A stretch of 64,000 nt of DNA from Octopus sinensis (taxonomy: Eukaryota): NCBI RefSeq assembly GCF_006345805.1, contig NC_043000.1:76384001-76448000 (forward strand). The letters are read 5' to 3'. The notes beneath the pieces are model-generated. The model was given only the letters and a program-made list of their open reading frames with translations. It had not been told where the DNA came from and did not search any database. Below are positions 12,936 through 22,857 of the stretch, one piece after another (positions within the stretch are counted from its first letter, which is position 1; each line of letters opens with the position of its first letter). Position numbers and translations under genes: made by a program.

Positions 12936-13433
12936 GCTACTACTACTACTACTTTTTCTTATAGAATCTATTTGTCCATCTGTTTAACTGAACGATGTTT
13001 GGGTGCTGAGAGCGGAAGTACAACTACTTTTACTATACACCGTGTTACAGAGTTGTACCAGAAGTCAGGGACGAATAAGCGGGTAGGTGAAAAGTTAGAC
13101 TGCTGCTCTTCTCGCACCAAATCACTAACCAATAATTGATTGTTACTTATAATATTGTGTACCGTGTGGTGGTACATTTGAGCATATGGCTCAGTGGTTA
13201 AGAAGTTGGTTCATAACGACGATATTCAACAGACAGTGTCATGCTTGCGTCAGTTTACCGTTTACGTTTAAAGTGTAACCACTTGTGAAATATCAAAATG
13301 TCATTCAATAAATTTGTAGTTTAGGTGAGCGAAGAAAGGTAACACTTGCATGTTGAAACTCTCTCTCTCTCTCTCTCTCTCATACACACGTACGCGTCCT
13401 GATAAGTATGTACGTGTAAATAATAATATATAT
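12746..13433. repeat. Right arm of ~0.7-kb inverted duplication (partner 8733-9465)
   Basis: Reverse-complement match; two substitutions noticed in unique parts, plus microsatellite length differences. Confidence 0.95.
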
Positions 13434-13500
13434 GCATATGTGTGTGTGTGTGTGTGTGTGCATGTGTGTGTGTGTGTGTGTGTGTGTGAGTATGTGTGTA

Positions 13501-14601
13501 TACGAGGAAGTACCCAAAAATAACCGGAAATGTTCTCTGTGGGATAAACCCATTGTAGTTCGAGCTTCTGCCGCTAGAGGCTACTTGATGCAGCGCTCAG
13601 GCATCAGTCTGCCGACCGGTGTCATAGCCTGTTGTCCTGCTGTCACGTGGTGCGTCTTTCTTTTGCAGTGCTTCTCCCCTGTTCATCGATTTTTGCGATG
13701 GCAGAAACGAAGAAAGAGCGTGCTTCCGCGAAATTCTATTTTCTGCTGGGAAAATCAGCGGCCGAAACAGTTGTCATGCTTCAAACAGCTTATAAGAACA
13801 AAACACAAATTTACGAGTGGTTTTCACGCTTCAGGAACGGTTACTTGTCGGTAAAAGACCAACCTTGTTCAGGGCGACAACCGACCTCCCGAACGAATGA
13901 AAACATGAAAATTCATGAACTGATCTTGGAGGACTGTCACTGAACAATCGACAAACTTGTTGATATGACTGGTATGTCCTGGAGCACCTGCCAACGAGTT
14001 TAAAGCGAAGAATTGCGAATGAAAAGAGTTGCAGCAAAATTTGTGCCTCGCATGCTCACGGAAGATCAAAAGCAATCACGACTGAATGTGAGTCCTGAAC
14101 AGAAAGAACAATTGAAAGTTGATCTGGATCTTTTTTCGAAGGTCATTACTCTTGATGAAAGCTGGTGCTACTAGCAAGGCGCAGGAGTAGGTGTGTGGTA
14201 ATTTGGTTGTTTACCAACCACATGGTCCGGGATTATCACTCCACTGCGTGGCACCTTGGATCTTCTACTATAGCCTTAGGCTGATCAAAACCTTGTGAGT
14301 GGATTTGGTAGACAGAAACTGAAAGAAGTCTGTCGTATGTGTGCGTGTGTGTATGTTTGTGTGTCTGCGTTTGTCCCCCCTCCAGCGCTTGACAACCGAT
14401 GTTGGTGTATTTACGTCCCCGTAACTTAGCAGTTCGCCAAAACAGGCAGATAGAATAAGTACTAGGCTTACAAAGAATAAGTTCTGGGGTCGATTTGTTG
14501 GACTAAAGGCGGTGCTCCAGCATATCCGCAGCCAAATGACTGAAACAAATAAAAGAATAAAATAAAGGAATGGTTGTAAAATTTCGGTTTCTTTTGGATA
14601 C
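13501..14601 (+). mobile_element. Defective mariner (copy 1); a SINE occupies the place of the 3' part of the transposase
   Basis: TA + TIR CGAGGAAGTACCCAAAAATAACCGGAAAT; transposase HTH (IYEWFSRFRNG..SGRQPTS), KFVPRMLTEDQK, VITLDESWCY; partial right TIR at 14581-14601. Confidence 0.9.
14174..14570 (+). mobile_element. tRNA-derived SINE (octopus-type)
   Basis: Degenerate tRNA-like head (GTGTGTGGTAA...CCAACCACATGG), central (TG)n, 3' end GGCGGTGCTCCAGCAT..CAGCCAAATGACTGAAACAA.TAAAAG. Confidence 0.85.
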
Positions 14602-14980
14602 CACAATGGGCTACTCAACTTACGAAGAAGAACATTGATATCTGTTCAAATTTTTGACAAACAAAAGTTTATTCTTTCCGTAATCAAAAACCAAAGGTTG
14701 TTACTACAGATGACTAAAAATTGAGACAGTTTGAATGTTATTATTCTTGGTGTAATTGTAGTGTGGCTACTGACGCCGATCGTTCATTGTGCTTGTCAGC
14801 TCGGGTCAGTTACTGCCTATCATTTCGACTCTCCTATGGTGTCAGTTAATGTTCTCTCTAAGCTTTCTGGTTAAGTAGCGAAGGTGTGCTGAATTTATAT
14901 TGACATTTAAGCTCAGAGAGAAAGGCTCGAAAAAATGGATGACGATGATGATGTTGATGATGATGATAATGATGATGATG

Positions 14981-15038
<58 letters not shown>

Positions 15039-15054
15039 TGATGATGATGATAAT

Positions 15055-15485
15055 GATAATAAAACTGAGCAAGTATAAAGATCTTGAAATAGAAATTAGC
15101 AAAATGTGGAACCTGAAGACTAAAACAATACCTGTTGTCATAGGTGCCCTGGGAATGATAGCAAAAGGGGCTGATTGCTAACTAGCTCAGATACCAAGAA
15201 ACCTCAAAAGAGCAGAAATTCAAAAGATAGTGCTCATGAGAACTGCCCATATCCTACGCAAAATACTTTCTAATTAATCTCAAATTTTAAAACAATCACA
15301 TAATTTTCTTATGGTTTCTTAAACATTCTCTAGAACAACACTATGTATAAAACCAAATATATGGCACCCTAGGCATAACACCAACATGAACTTCTAACTT
15401 GTTGTCTCTTGAGGTCTCTGGGTGAGACTTGGAGCCAACTTGTACAAATGTAAAGCAAAAGCCAAACATAAAACAATAATAATAA
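15055..15485 (+). mobile_element. 3' fragment of an R4/Dong-like (restriction-like endonuclease) LINE
   Basis: KLSKYKDLEIEISKMWNLKTKTIPVVIGALGMI...IQKIVLMRTAHILRKIL; (AAT)n tail. Confidence 0.8.
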
Positions 15486-15850
15486 TATGGCTTCTGATCT
15501 TAACTGATTGGAAGTGTTATCATTTACATTGTTTTGTCTTGGTATAAAAGATGGGCTACAGCAAATATTCTGCTCAATACCACAGATTTGCTTGTCAGTT
15601 GTTTGACCTTAACCAGTTGAGCATGTCCCTTAGTGGCTGACGATATATGCACCTCTGATCACGAGCAGAAGTAGTGGGAAGCACCATAGCCATGTGTTGA
15701 GAGGAATTCTTTGGGGTTTGGATAATTCACATTTGGAAACATGGGTGTTTCATTCAACATCCTTAAACAAGCCTTATTCAGGGATCTTTTGATTGGGATG
15801 GGCTACTCAACCTGAAGAAAATTCTAACTGGGGTCCCACCTACAAGGTCA
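15486..15850. repeat. Interspersed repeat, family unclassified
   Basis: Resembles an abundant octopus repeat I recall (CTCAATACCACAGATTTGCTTGTCAGTTGTTTGACC...); recollection only. Confidence 0.45.
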
Positions 15851-16097
15851 TGCGCAATTTATTTTGATATGAGATCACCATGTCGTGCACATATGGTTGT
15901 GATACATGTGCCTGGTGTACCCTTATCAGACGGGTAGTCATGATGGGTATACGGAGCTTCGTATATTTTACCCCAGTATTACTTTGATGGTATGCACTCT
16001 CACTCAATACATGCATACATACATACATACATACATACACACATACATTCATACATACATACATACACATACATACATACATACATACATACATACA

Positions 16098-16129
<32 letters not shown>

Positions 16130-16329
16130 AACATGGCGTCGAACATACGTTGACATAGAGGACTATTCATTCTTCCGAATAATGAATACTATCCCCTATA
16201 ATTTTTGCCACTAATATATATCTGGTAAAAGAAATGACTATCTTCTTCGAATAAATGCGCAGAAACAACCTTTCTTTTTAGAAAAGATCGTAGCGATAAC
16301 AAAACAGTGAAATTAAGTTAATACATACT

Positions 16330-17370
16330 ATGTGGAAAATTACTATACCATAACCATGGCGACAAAAACACTCGGAATCAGCTATCGAGAAAAAATCTAC
16401 TGGGCTTTCGAACTGAACCAAGACCTATGCCAGTTCTATAGAAAGGCTAGGGAAGGTCCCTCGATAGGCTACACGAAGAGGCTAAAAGAATATTTACATA
16501 AGATATACCCAATATTCTCAATCTTTTTTCAAGGACTATTACGTCAGTAAGCTACATTTGTTGAAAAGAAATTTTTCCCCATACCAAACAAAAATCACTC
16601 AGACATAATGTACAAATGATAATACTCGTATTGACAACACAGTAAACTTTTTCCGTGAAGAGACTGAACAAGAAATACAACCAAGATGAACAACAATAAC
16701 AAACTGCCGCCATTACTCGGTCGCTCTTATAATCTCACAAAAACAAGTGAGGAATATTAGATACTAAAGTCACAGTTCAAGCAGAATTTCACTGTTTACA
16801 TACGTGAAGCACTGCATAAGAGAACGATACCGACACGAGTTGGAGAAAAGTCCCACCGCCCTGATGTTGTCCACGATCGACGAAATTGCAAGAGAACATA
16901 TAGCTCAAGTCCAAACTCACAGCTTTTGGACAATAAATGACCTGCTATATTGTACTGCAGTAACCGTGCACCAACAGAAAAGAGTAAAAGAGACCGACCC
17001 AAAGGATAATATTGGGTTAAAATGGATTATCTCCCTTCAAAATAACATCAACAAACTCAGGAAAAAATAGGACAGTTAGACACAATCCTCAAATGCAAAG
17101 CTAAAAATGAATTCACGCAACACCAGCTACAACTGCATGATTGATTTTCCAAATTGTATGAGAATTGCCGCCGAGAAACACAAAAAAACTAATCATCCTC
17201 AAACATAGTCTACCAACGTTAAGTGAAAAACTTCGTTACTGTAAAATATTTACATGAACGGAAAATGATAAACCGGAAGTTTGTCCGAAAACCACAAGCT
17301 GTATATCGCTGTGTGAAGGACGATACCATCAGAGAAGTAAATGCTCCTCCCCAAGAGGAACTAGAGCTGG
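16330..17370 (+). mobile_element. Degraded N-terminal/central fragment of an R4/Dong-like LINE ORF
   Basis: FYRKAREGPSIGYTKRLKEY; SFWTINDLLYCTAVTV; FVRKPQAVYRCV..EVNAPPQEELE; many stops and frameshifts. Confidence 0.65.
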
Positions 17371-17997
17371 TCGATTATATCGTGTATGAGGATTTATGTG
17401 TTAGCCACACAGCTGGGTATCTTTAAGATGGAGATGAGAGGTGCGAATGTACTTTCGTATGTATACATAAAATGCCATAGTCGTGTTGCCAAATTCTAAT
17501 TAACCGCTCAAGTTTGTCGTTGCCTTTTGTATGATCGTCTCCTATGTGATTGTTTTATCTTTTTATGATTATTTAGCAATATAGAGTTTATCAAGGCAAG
17601 AACAGTACCAGCACATTGTATATTTATCAAAATAATCTTTTTCTTATTTTTTGTGTTTTATTTATAATCATCTATACGTAGGTCCATTACTTATATAAAA
17701 AAAAAACGAACTGTAATCAATATTCCATGTCATTCCAAACCACGAAACCCTGTATGCAACCAGCTACAGGCAAATAAGAAAATGCATTATAATCGAACCA
17801 AGCGAAACTGAGTTTTTTGAGCGAGGTACTTTTTGAAAAATCACCTGACGAGACACATCTGCACCGAAGGATGCACCACAACAGTTATCCAGAATCCCAC
17901 CAGCGAGGGACCGATGCAAAATGGGTCGAAACGATCGTTGTGATTAATAAAGAATCTTGTGAATTCCATTTTCTCTTTCTCTGTTTATATCCATACA

Positions 17998-18211
17998 TAC
18001 GAGAGGGTGCTGAAAAGTTCCTGGCTTTGGTTAAAAGAAAATACCGGAGGATCAGTTAATTAGGATTTTATCCAACATACCTTCCTCTTAGATTCACACA
18101 CTTATTGCAGTGGCCCTTCAGATTTTCTCAGCCCTGTAAGAAAGTACGGAAGGTTGGGCCTCTGACCAGGCCTTTCGCTTTAAAGCCACGAAATTTTCAG
18201 CATCTTTCGTA
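17998..18211. mobile_element. mariner-derived MITE (~210 bp) with TA target duplication
   Basis: TA-CGAGAGGGTGCTGAAAAGTTCCTGGCTTT ... AAAGCCACGAAATTTTCAGCATCTTTCG-TA, imperfect TIRs. Confidence 0.8.
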
Positions 18212-18736
18212 TATATATGCATGTATGTGTGTGTGGTGTGTGTGCGCGCGCGTGTATGCAGGTGTGTTTTTATTATCTTCAAATGTTACAGAGTGACTCA
18301 AGATTTGAGAGCTTCGTGTGTTGGATTGTTTGATAAGTGTCCACATACGAAACTCTCGGCCCTTGAGTCATTGCGTAACTACTGTCAATTATTAATAAAA
18401 AGAAAAACGTACATACAATACATTCATGTCTTGAGTTCTCTTTTCCCGTTTGTATCACCAGTCCCATAAGAAAGAAACACTTCAATACCATTTTCTCACG
18501 GTCAAACCGTCAGCTTTATCAGTACTTTTATTCTCTCAAACTCGCACCTGCTCCATATCCCTACATGTACGCTTTTTCATCTAACGGCTACACACACACA
18601 AGCACACACATACAAGCACACACATGCACGCACGCGCGTGCACACACACACACACACACAATCTTCCATGTCATTGTCAATAAAATAATGTGTGTATGTA
18701 CATACTCGCATGTATGTATATATGCATGTATGCGCC

Positions 18737-18795
<59 letters not shown>

Positions 18796-18800
18796 TCTCT

Positions 18801-19029
18801 CTCTTTACTCTTTTACTTGTTTCAGTCATTTGACTGCGGCCATGTTGGAGCACCGCCTTTAGTCGAGCAAATCGACCCCAAGACTTATTCTTTGTAAGCC
18901 TGGTACTTATTCTATCGGTTTCTTTTGCCGAACCGCTAAGTTACTGGGACATGAACACACCAGCATCGGTTGTCAAGCGATGTTGGGAGGACAAACACAG
19001 ACACACAAACACACACACACACACACACA

Positions 19030-19096
<67 letters not shown>

Positions 19097-19237
19097 TACG
19101 ACAGGCTTTCTATCAGTTTCCGTCTACCAAATCCACTCACAAGGCTTTGGTCGGCCCGAGGCTATAGTAAAAGACACTTGCCCAAAGTGCCACGCAGTGG
19201 GACTGAACCCGAACCATGTGGTTGGTAAGCAAGCTAC
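18801..19237 (-). mobile_element. tRNA-derived SINE; its head is cut at 19237 by an ORF1-only Tx1-type element
   Basis: Minus strand: GTAGCTTGCTTACCAACCACATGGTTC head, (TA)n/(TG)n core, 3' CAGTCAAATGACTGAAACAAGTAAAAGAGTAAAGAG. Confidence 0.9.
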
Positions 19238-21030
19238 TTTATTTCATAACATTTGCCATAAAGGCAGTACATAGAGTAAAGTGGCTTTGCGGCTGGACGA
19301 GGACATTAATGAAATGAATGATAATGAAAAAAGATGATAAGGATGGGAGAAGACAAAAAGCGCCCGCCGACTTCTGCTTCTCTAAAACATTGTTCTTTTA
19401 AAAACAAACACAAAACGAGGTATTAAACCTCTTACAATTTTTACAACTTTTCAATTTTTGGACTTAACAGTCCATTACTAACAACAACATAGTTCAATAA
19501 TTACATATGATATAAATACAATGCGCAAAGCCCCTCCTCCCAGACCTGGCTTACACTTCCCTTAGGAATGCGCCGGCTCTAGGTCGGGGCCACTCAAGTC
19601 GTATCTAAACATGTCCTATCAAACATAAAAATACATTATCACTTTTCCCTTCATCCTCCAGTCAAATATCTAGCCGTCTGCAGAGCAGACGACGTTGACA
19701 GCCGGGGGGGGGGGTTTAGAAGGAAAGCGAAGTGCCTGTTATCACATGTTTGTGTCACACAGTGCCACAATTTATGACTCATCCTCAAAATAACTTGTGC
19801 CCGCATCCTCTGCCATCCACCACGCCTCCCTCAGAACCAAATCGAGTTCCGTGTTAGCGTTGCCTGGGAACAAGCTATAATCCTCATTGAGCTCCTTCAG
19901 CCCAAGCGTCACGTCGAACGCCACGGCCTCCACAGCTACCTGCGGAGGCCATTCGGGGTCCTGTGTGAAGGCTAAAGGTGCTCCCTTATGGTGCTTTTCC
20001 ATCACTTTTTCAATCTCTCCGCCTCTATGAAAGAAGATCAATACATCGTCTTTCCTCGGGGGCGGGATATTCAATTCTTTCGTTGGCGGCACAGTTCCCG
20101 CCAACGGTGTTTCTTCTCCTGTCGGTTGCACAACCCCAACCGACGTAGTTCCGGGACATTCCGGTGCTATGTCACCGACTGCCGGTAATGTCCCGTTTCT
20201 CTTCCCCTTTCTCTTTTTTTTTCTTTTCAACTGAGGGAGGGTGCGTCTCCTCCGTGGCCGGAAGATTCGCCTTTCCCTCCTCATCCCTAGTATCCTTTGG
20301 TGAGCACCCATTGTTGCTCACCTTCTTCCTCTTTCGGCCTCTGTTTGAGGAGTCCTCCGCTTCCTCGGCCGTCTTCATTCCCTTTTCTACAGGGGTCTCA
20401 CTTAACTGCTCCGGGATCTTATTTTGTTCCCGGGGACAGTTTTTCTTTATATGGCCGGACTCCAAGCACCGATGACACCTAGGGGGGCGACCCTCAAGTA
20501 TCACCGGGTACCTGCACCCGGCCATTTTCAAAAAATCTGGAAGAACCAGATTAGCTGATTGGGTCCCAAGGGTCCAAATTGCTTTTGACCCAACCCAAAC
20601 AGCCGCAGGAAGAACTTTCACATTAAGAAGCTTAGTTCCACTGTCACCCAGACCTCGGCGGATAGTCTCCTCTATCCACTCGGGTTTTATCCCGGGTGAC
20701 AGCCCGCAGATCCAAGCTTTCGTCAATCTCTTTCCATTATACGTGGGCAGGAATAAAATCTCCTTACCCTCCAGGGGTTTACTAGCAAATTTGCAAGCCT
20801 CTTCAGGGGTGTCAAATAGCAACCACACCGTTGCATATCTGACACCCCTGGAAATGAATTTAATTGTTGGCAAATACTCTGCCAACTCCTTTTCAATTGC
20901 CGTCTTTTCGAACAGGGTGATGGTGTCGAGTGCCTTGGAGTAGGTTCTCAACACCACCGTCCTATCTTCACGGTCTTTTAACCACTTTTTAGGCGGTATA
21001 ATCTCCCATTTAACAATAGACAAAAACATG
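19238..21030 (-). mobile_element. ORF1-only Tx1/L1-derived non-autonomous retroelement, copy A (HAL1-like architecture)
   Basis: Gag-like ORF1 20172-21029 with CCHC knuckle (RPPRCHRCLESGHIKKNC), homologous to ORF1 at 51115; continues after a frameshift to 19772; then ~530 bp 3' region ending ATGAAATAAA with no EN or RT. Confidence 0.8.
19772..21029 (-). pseudogene. Tx1-type ORF1 (gag-like, CCHC) with one frameshift near 20220-20310
   Basis: ORFs 20172-21029 and 19772-20311 overlap; C-terminal PEWPPQVAVE..YFEDES matches PEWPSQVAAE..YFDEA of copy B. Confidence 0.78.
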
Positions 21031-21396
21031 TGCCTTCTCGCACATAAACACAGTATTCACACATATACAAACATGCGCAGATGCATTTATTGAAGTACTA
21101 AATGGCACGTCAAATGATATTTAATCGTGTGGAACATGTTACATGCATATCAATATTCTAAAGTTTGGACATACTATCCCTTATCCTAAAGCTGCTTCAG
21201 ACAATTAGGAAGGGTTCCCGACTCGTTGCACCGTCTGCTTTCAATCTTGGATTGTGATTCGGCTCAGCCCAAACTCTCTCAGTTTTTGTCTGCTGTTGCC
21301 TACTCCTACAAGGATTGCACCTGTTTTTTTTGTTCCTGATTTAACCCCGATTTGTCCTAGAGCCCATAGAAGATTGTTTTTAGTCAACCATCCATC

Positions 21397-22857
21397 ATGT
21401 CAGCTACCTACGCATCGAAACTGAGATCTGCAAGTAGGCCTTCTCATCAAGATGATGGTCCTACCAATAGTCAGCTCAACGAACAGTTGCTGTTGCTCAA
21501 ACAAGAGGTTGAGCACCTAAAGTCTGTTGTTGCTCTCTTACTGAATAAACAGTCTCCTGTTGACGCAGAGTCACCCTTGATTTCTTCCCTGGAGACGTCC
21601 AAACCGAAGGGAACAAAATCGAGGCGGCCAAAGAAGGCGAAGGAACCGGCGGTCGTTTCTGCACATGATCGTTCCTGTGCGGATTCTTCCTCATCTGCCT
21701 TTTCGGTCCCGGAGGTTCCCCAACCTAATTTGAGGAGCGTAGACTCAAACCCACCTGAAGACCGTTGTTCTCCCCAAAAGAAGAAACGTCGTCAAAACTC
21801 CAGTGGGGCGGATTTAGCTATGAAACCTGACCACGATAAACGGTCTCCTGTTGACGCAGAGTCACCCTTGATTTCTTCCCTGGAGACGTCCAAACCGAAG
21901 GGAACAAAATCGAAGCGGCCAAAGAAGGCGAAGGAACCGGCGGTCGTTCCTGCACATGATCGTTCCTGTGCGGATTCTTCCTCATCTGCCTTTTCGGTCC
22001 CGGAGGTTCCCCAACCTAGTTCGAGGAGCGTAGACTCAAACCCACCTGAAGACCGTTGTTCTCCCCAAAAGAAGAAACGTAGTCAAAACTCCAGAGGGGC
22101 AGATTTGGCTATGAAACCTGATCACGATAAAATCTGTTTGGATTCTCCTTCACTTGTCCTTCCCATTAATGCCATTGCTCAACCAATTCTGAACGATCTC
22201 GATGTGGGTTCATCTGGGGAGTGGTGCTCCCCCAAACCGAAGAAGAGGCAGTGCAGTTCCAAACCAGGCGGGAAAATTATGACCACTAAATCCATTCCGA
22301 TCGACCCCACAGGCCGACATAAGTCCGATGGCTATGAAACCACCCTTTCGAAATCCTCCAATGAAGAATCGAATACCGCAGCTCATAGTAGAGAACTTTT
22401 TGCCCACTCAAGATCGGCAATAATATATGGCAAAGCTGAATCCACCTGTGATACAGGCATAAACCGCCTAAAAGATGACATTAATTTTGTTTCCATTTTG
22501 GTTGGAAAATTGTTCTCTGTGAACGAAAATGTCAGTGTTCTTAAGGTCGCTCAGCTAGGAAGATTCCAAGCGAACCCAACCGCAGATACTAGACCACGCC
22601 CAATAAGGGTAATCTTTTCTTCTGATCGGGAGGCTTCAGTCTTTCTGAACAGAGCTCAGACGCATGCCTGGGAGGACCCCAATATGGGTTTTCGCGAGGA
22701 ATACTCACTAAGAGAGAGAATTCGCCGGAGGAACCTGATATCCGAGCTAAAGATGAGGAAACAAATGGGAGAGAAGGGTTTACGAATCCAAGATGGACAG
22801 ATAATCAAGTCCTACCTCTGGTCCCATGCTGTAGTGCTGACAGGGAAAGTGATGTGA
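21397..22857 (+). CDS. LINE-b ORF1 (486 aa) with a 97-aa in-frame tandem duplication
   Basis: Open frame; C-terminal CR1/L2-type ORF1 features (LGRF..RPRPIRVIF..REEYSLRERIRRR..ELK.R..GEKGLRI). Confidence 0.85.
   Translation: MSATYASKLRSASRPSHQDDGPTNSQLNEQLLLLKQEVEHLKSVVALLLNKQSPVDAESPLISSLETSKPKGTKSRRPKKAKEPAVVSAHDRSCADSSSSAFSVPEVPQPNLRSVDSNPPEDRCSPQKKKRRQNSSGADLAMKPDHDKRSPVDAESPLISSLETSKPKGTKSKRPKKAKEPAVVPAHDRSCADSSSSAFSVPEVPQPSSRSVDSNPPEDRCSPQKKKRSQNSRGADLAMKPDHDKICLDSPSLVLPINAIAQPILNDLDVGSSGEWCSPKPKKRQCSSKPGGKIMTTKSIPIDPTGRHKSDGYETTLSKSSNEESNTAAHSRELFAHSRSAIIYGKAESTCDTGINRLKDDINFVSILVGKLFSVNENVSVLKVAQLGRFQANPTADTRPRPIRVIFSSDREASVFLNRAQTHAWEDPNMGFREEYSLRERIRRRNLISELKMRKQMGEKGLRIQDGQIIKSYLWSHAVVLTGKVM
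21550..22131 (+). repeat. Two tandem 291-bp copies inside LINE-b ORF1
   Basis: Copy 1 21550-21840, copy 2 21841-22131; peptide SPVDAESPLISS...MKPDHDK occurs twice. Confidence 0.95.

Noticed and set aside
14174-14240. tRNA-like A/B boxes here and at 19190-19237, 39770-39812, 39890-39960
   Set aside because: Degenerate SINE heads continuous with SINE bodies, not tRNA genes
21152-21170. Possible TSD for LINE-b (ATTCTAAAGTTTGG vs ATTCCAAAATTTTG at ~25811)
   Set aside because: Three mismatches in AT-rich sequence, and joining the flanks does not restore the Tx1 ORF1 start
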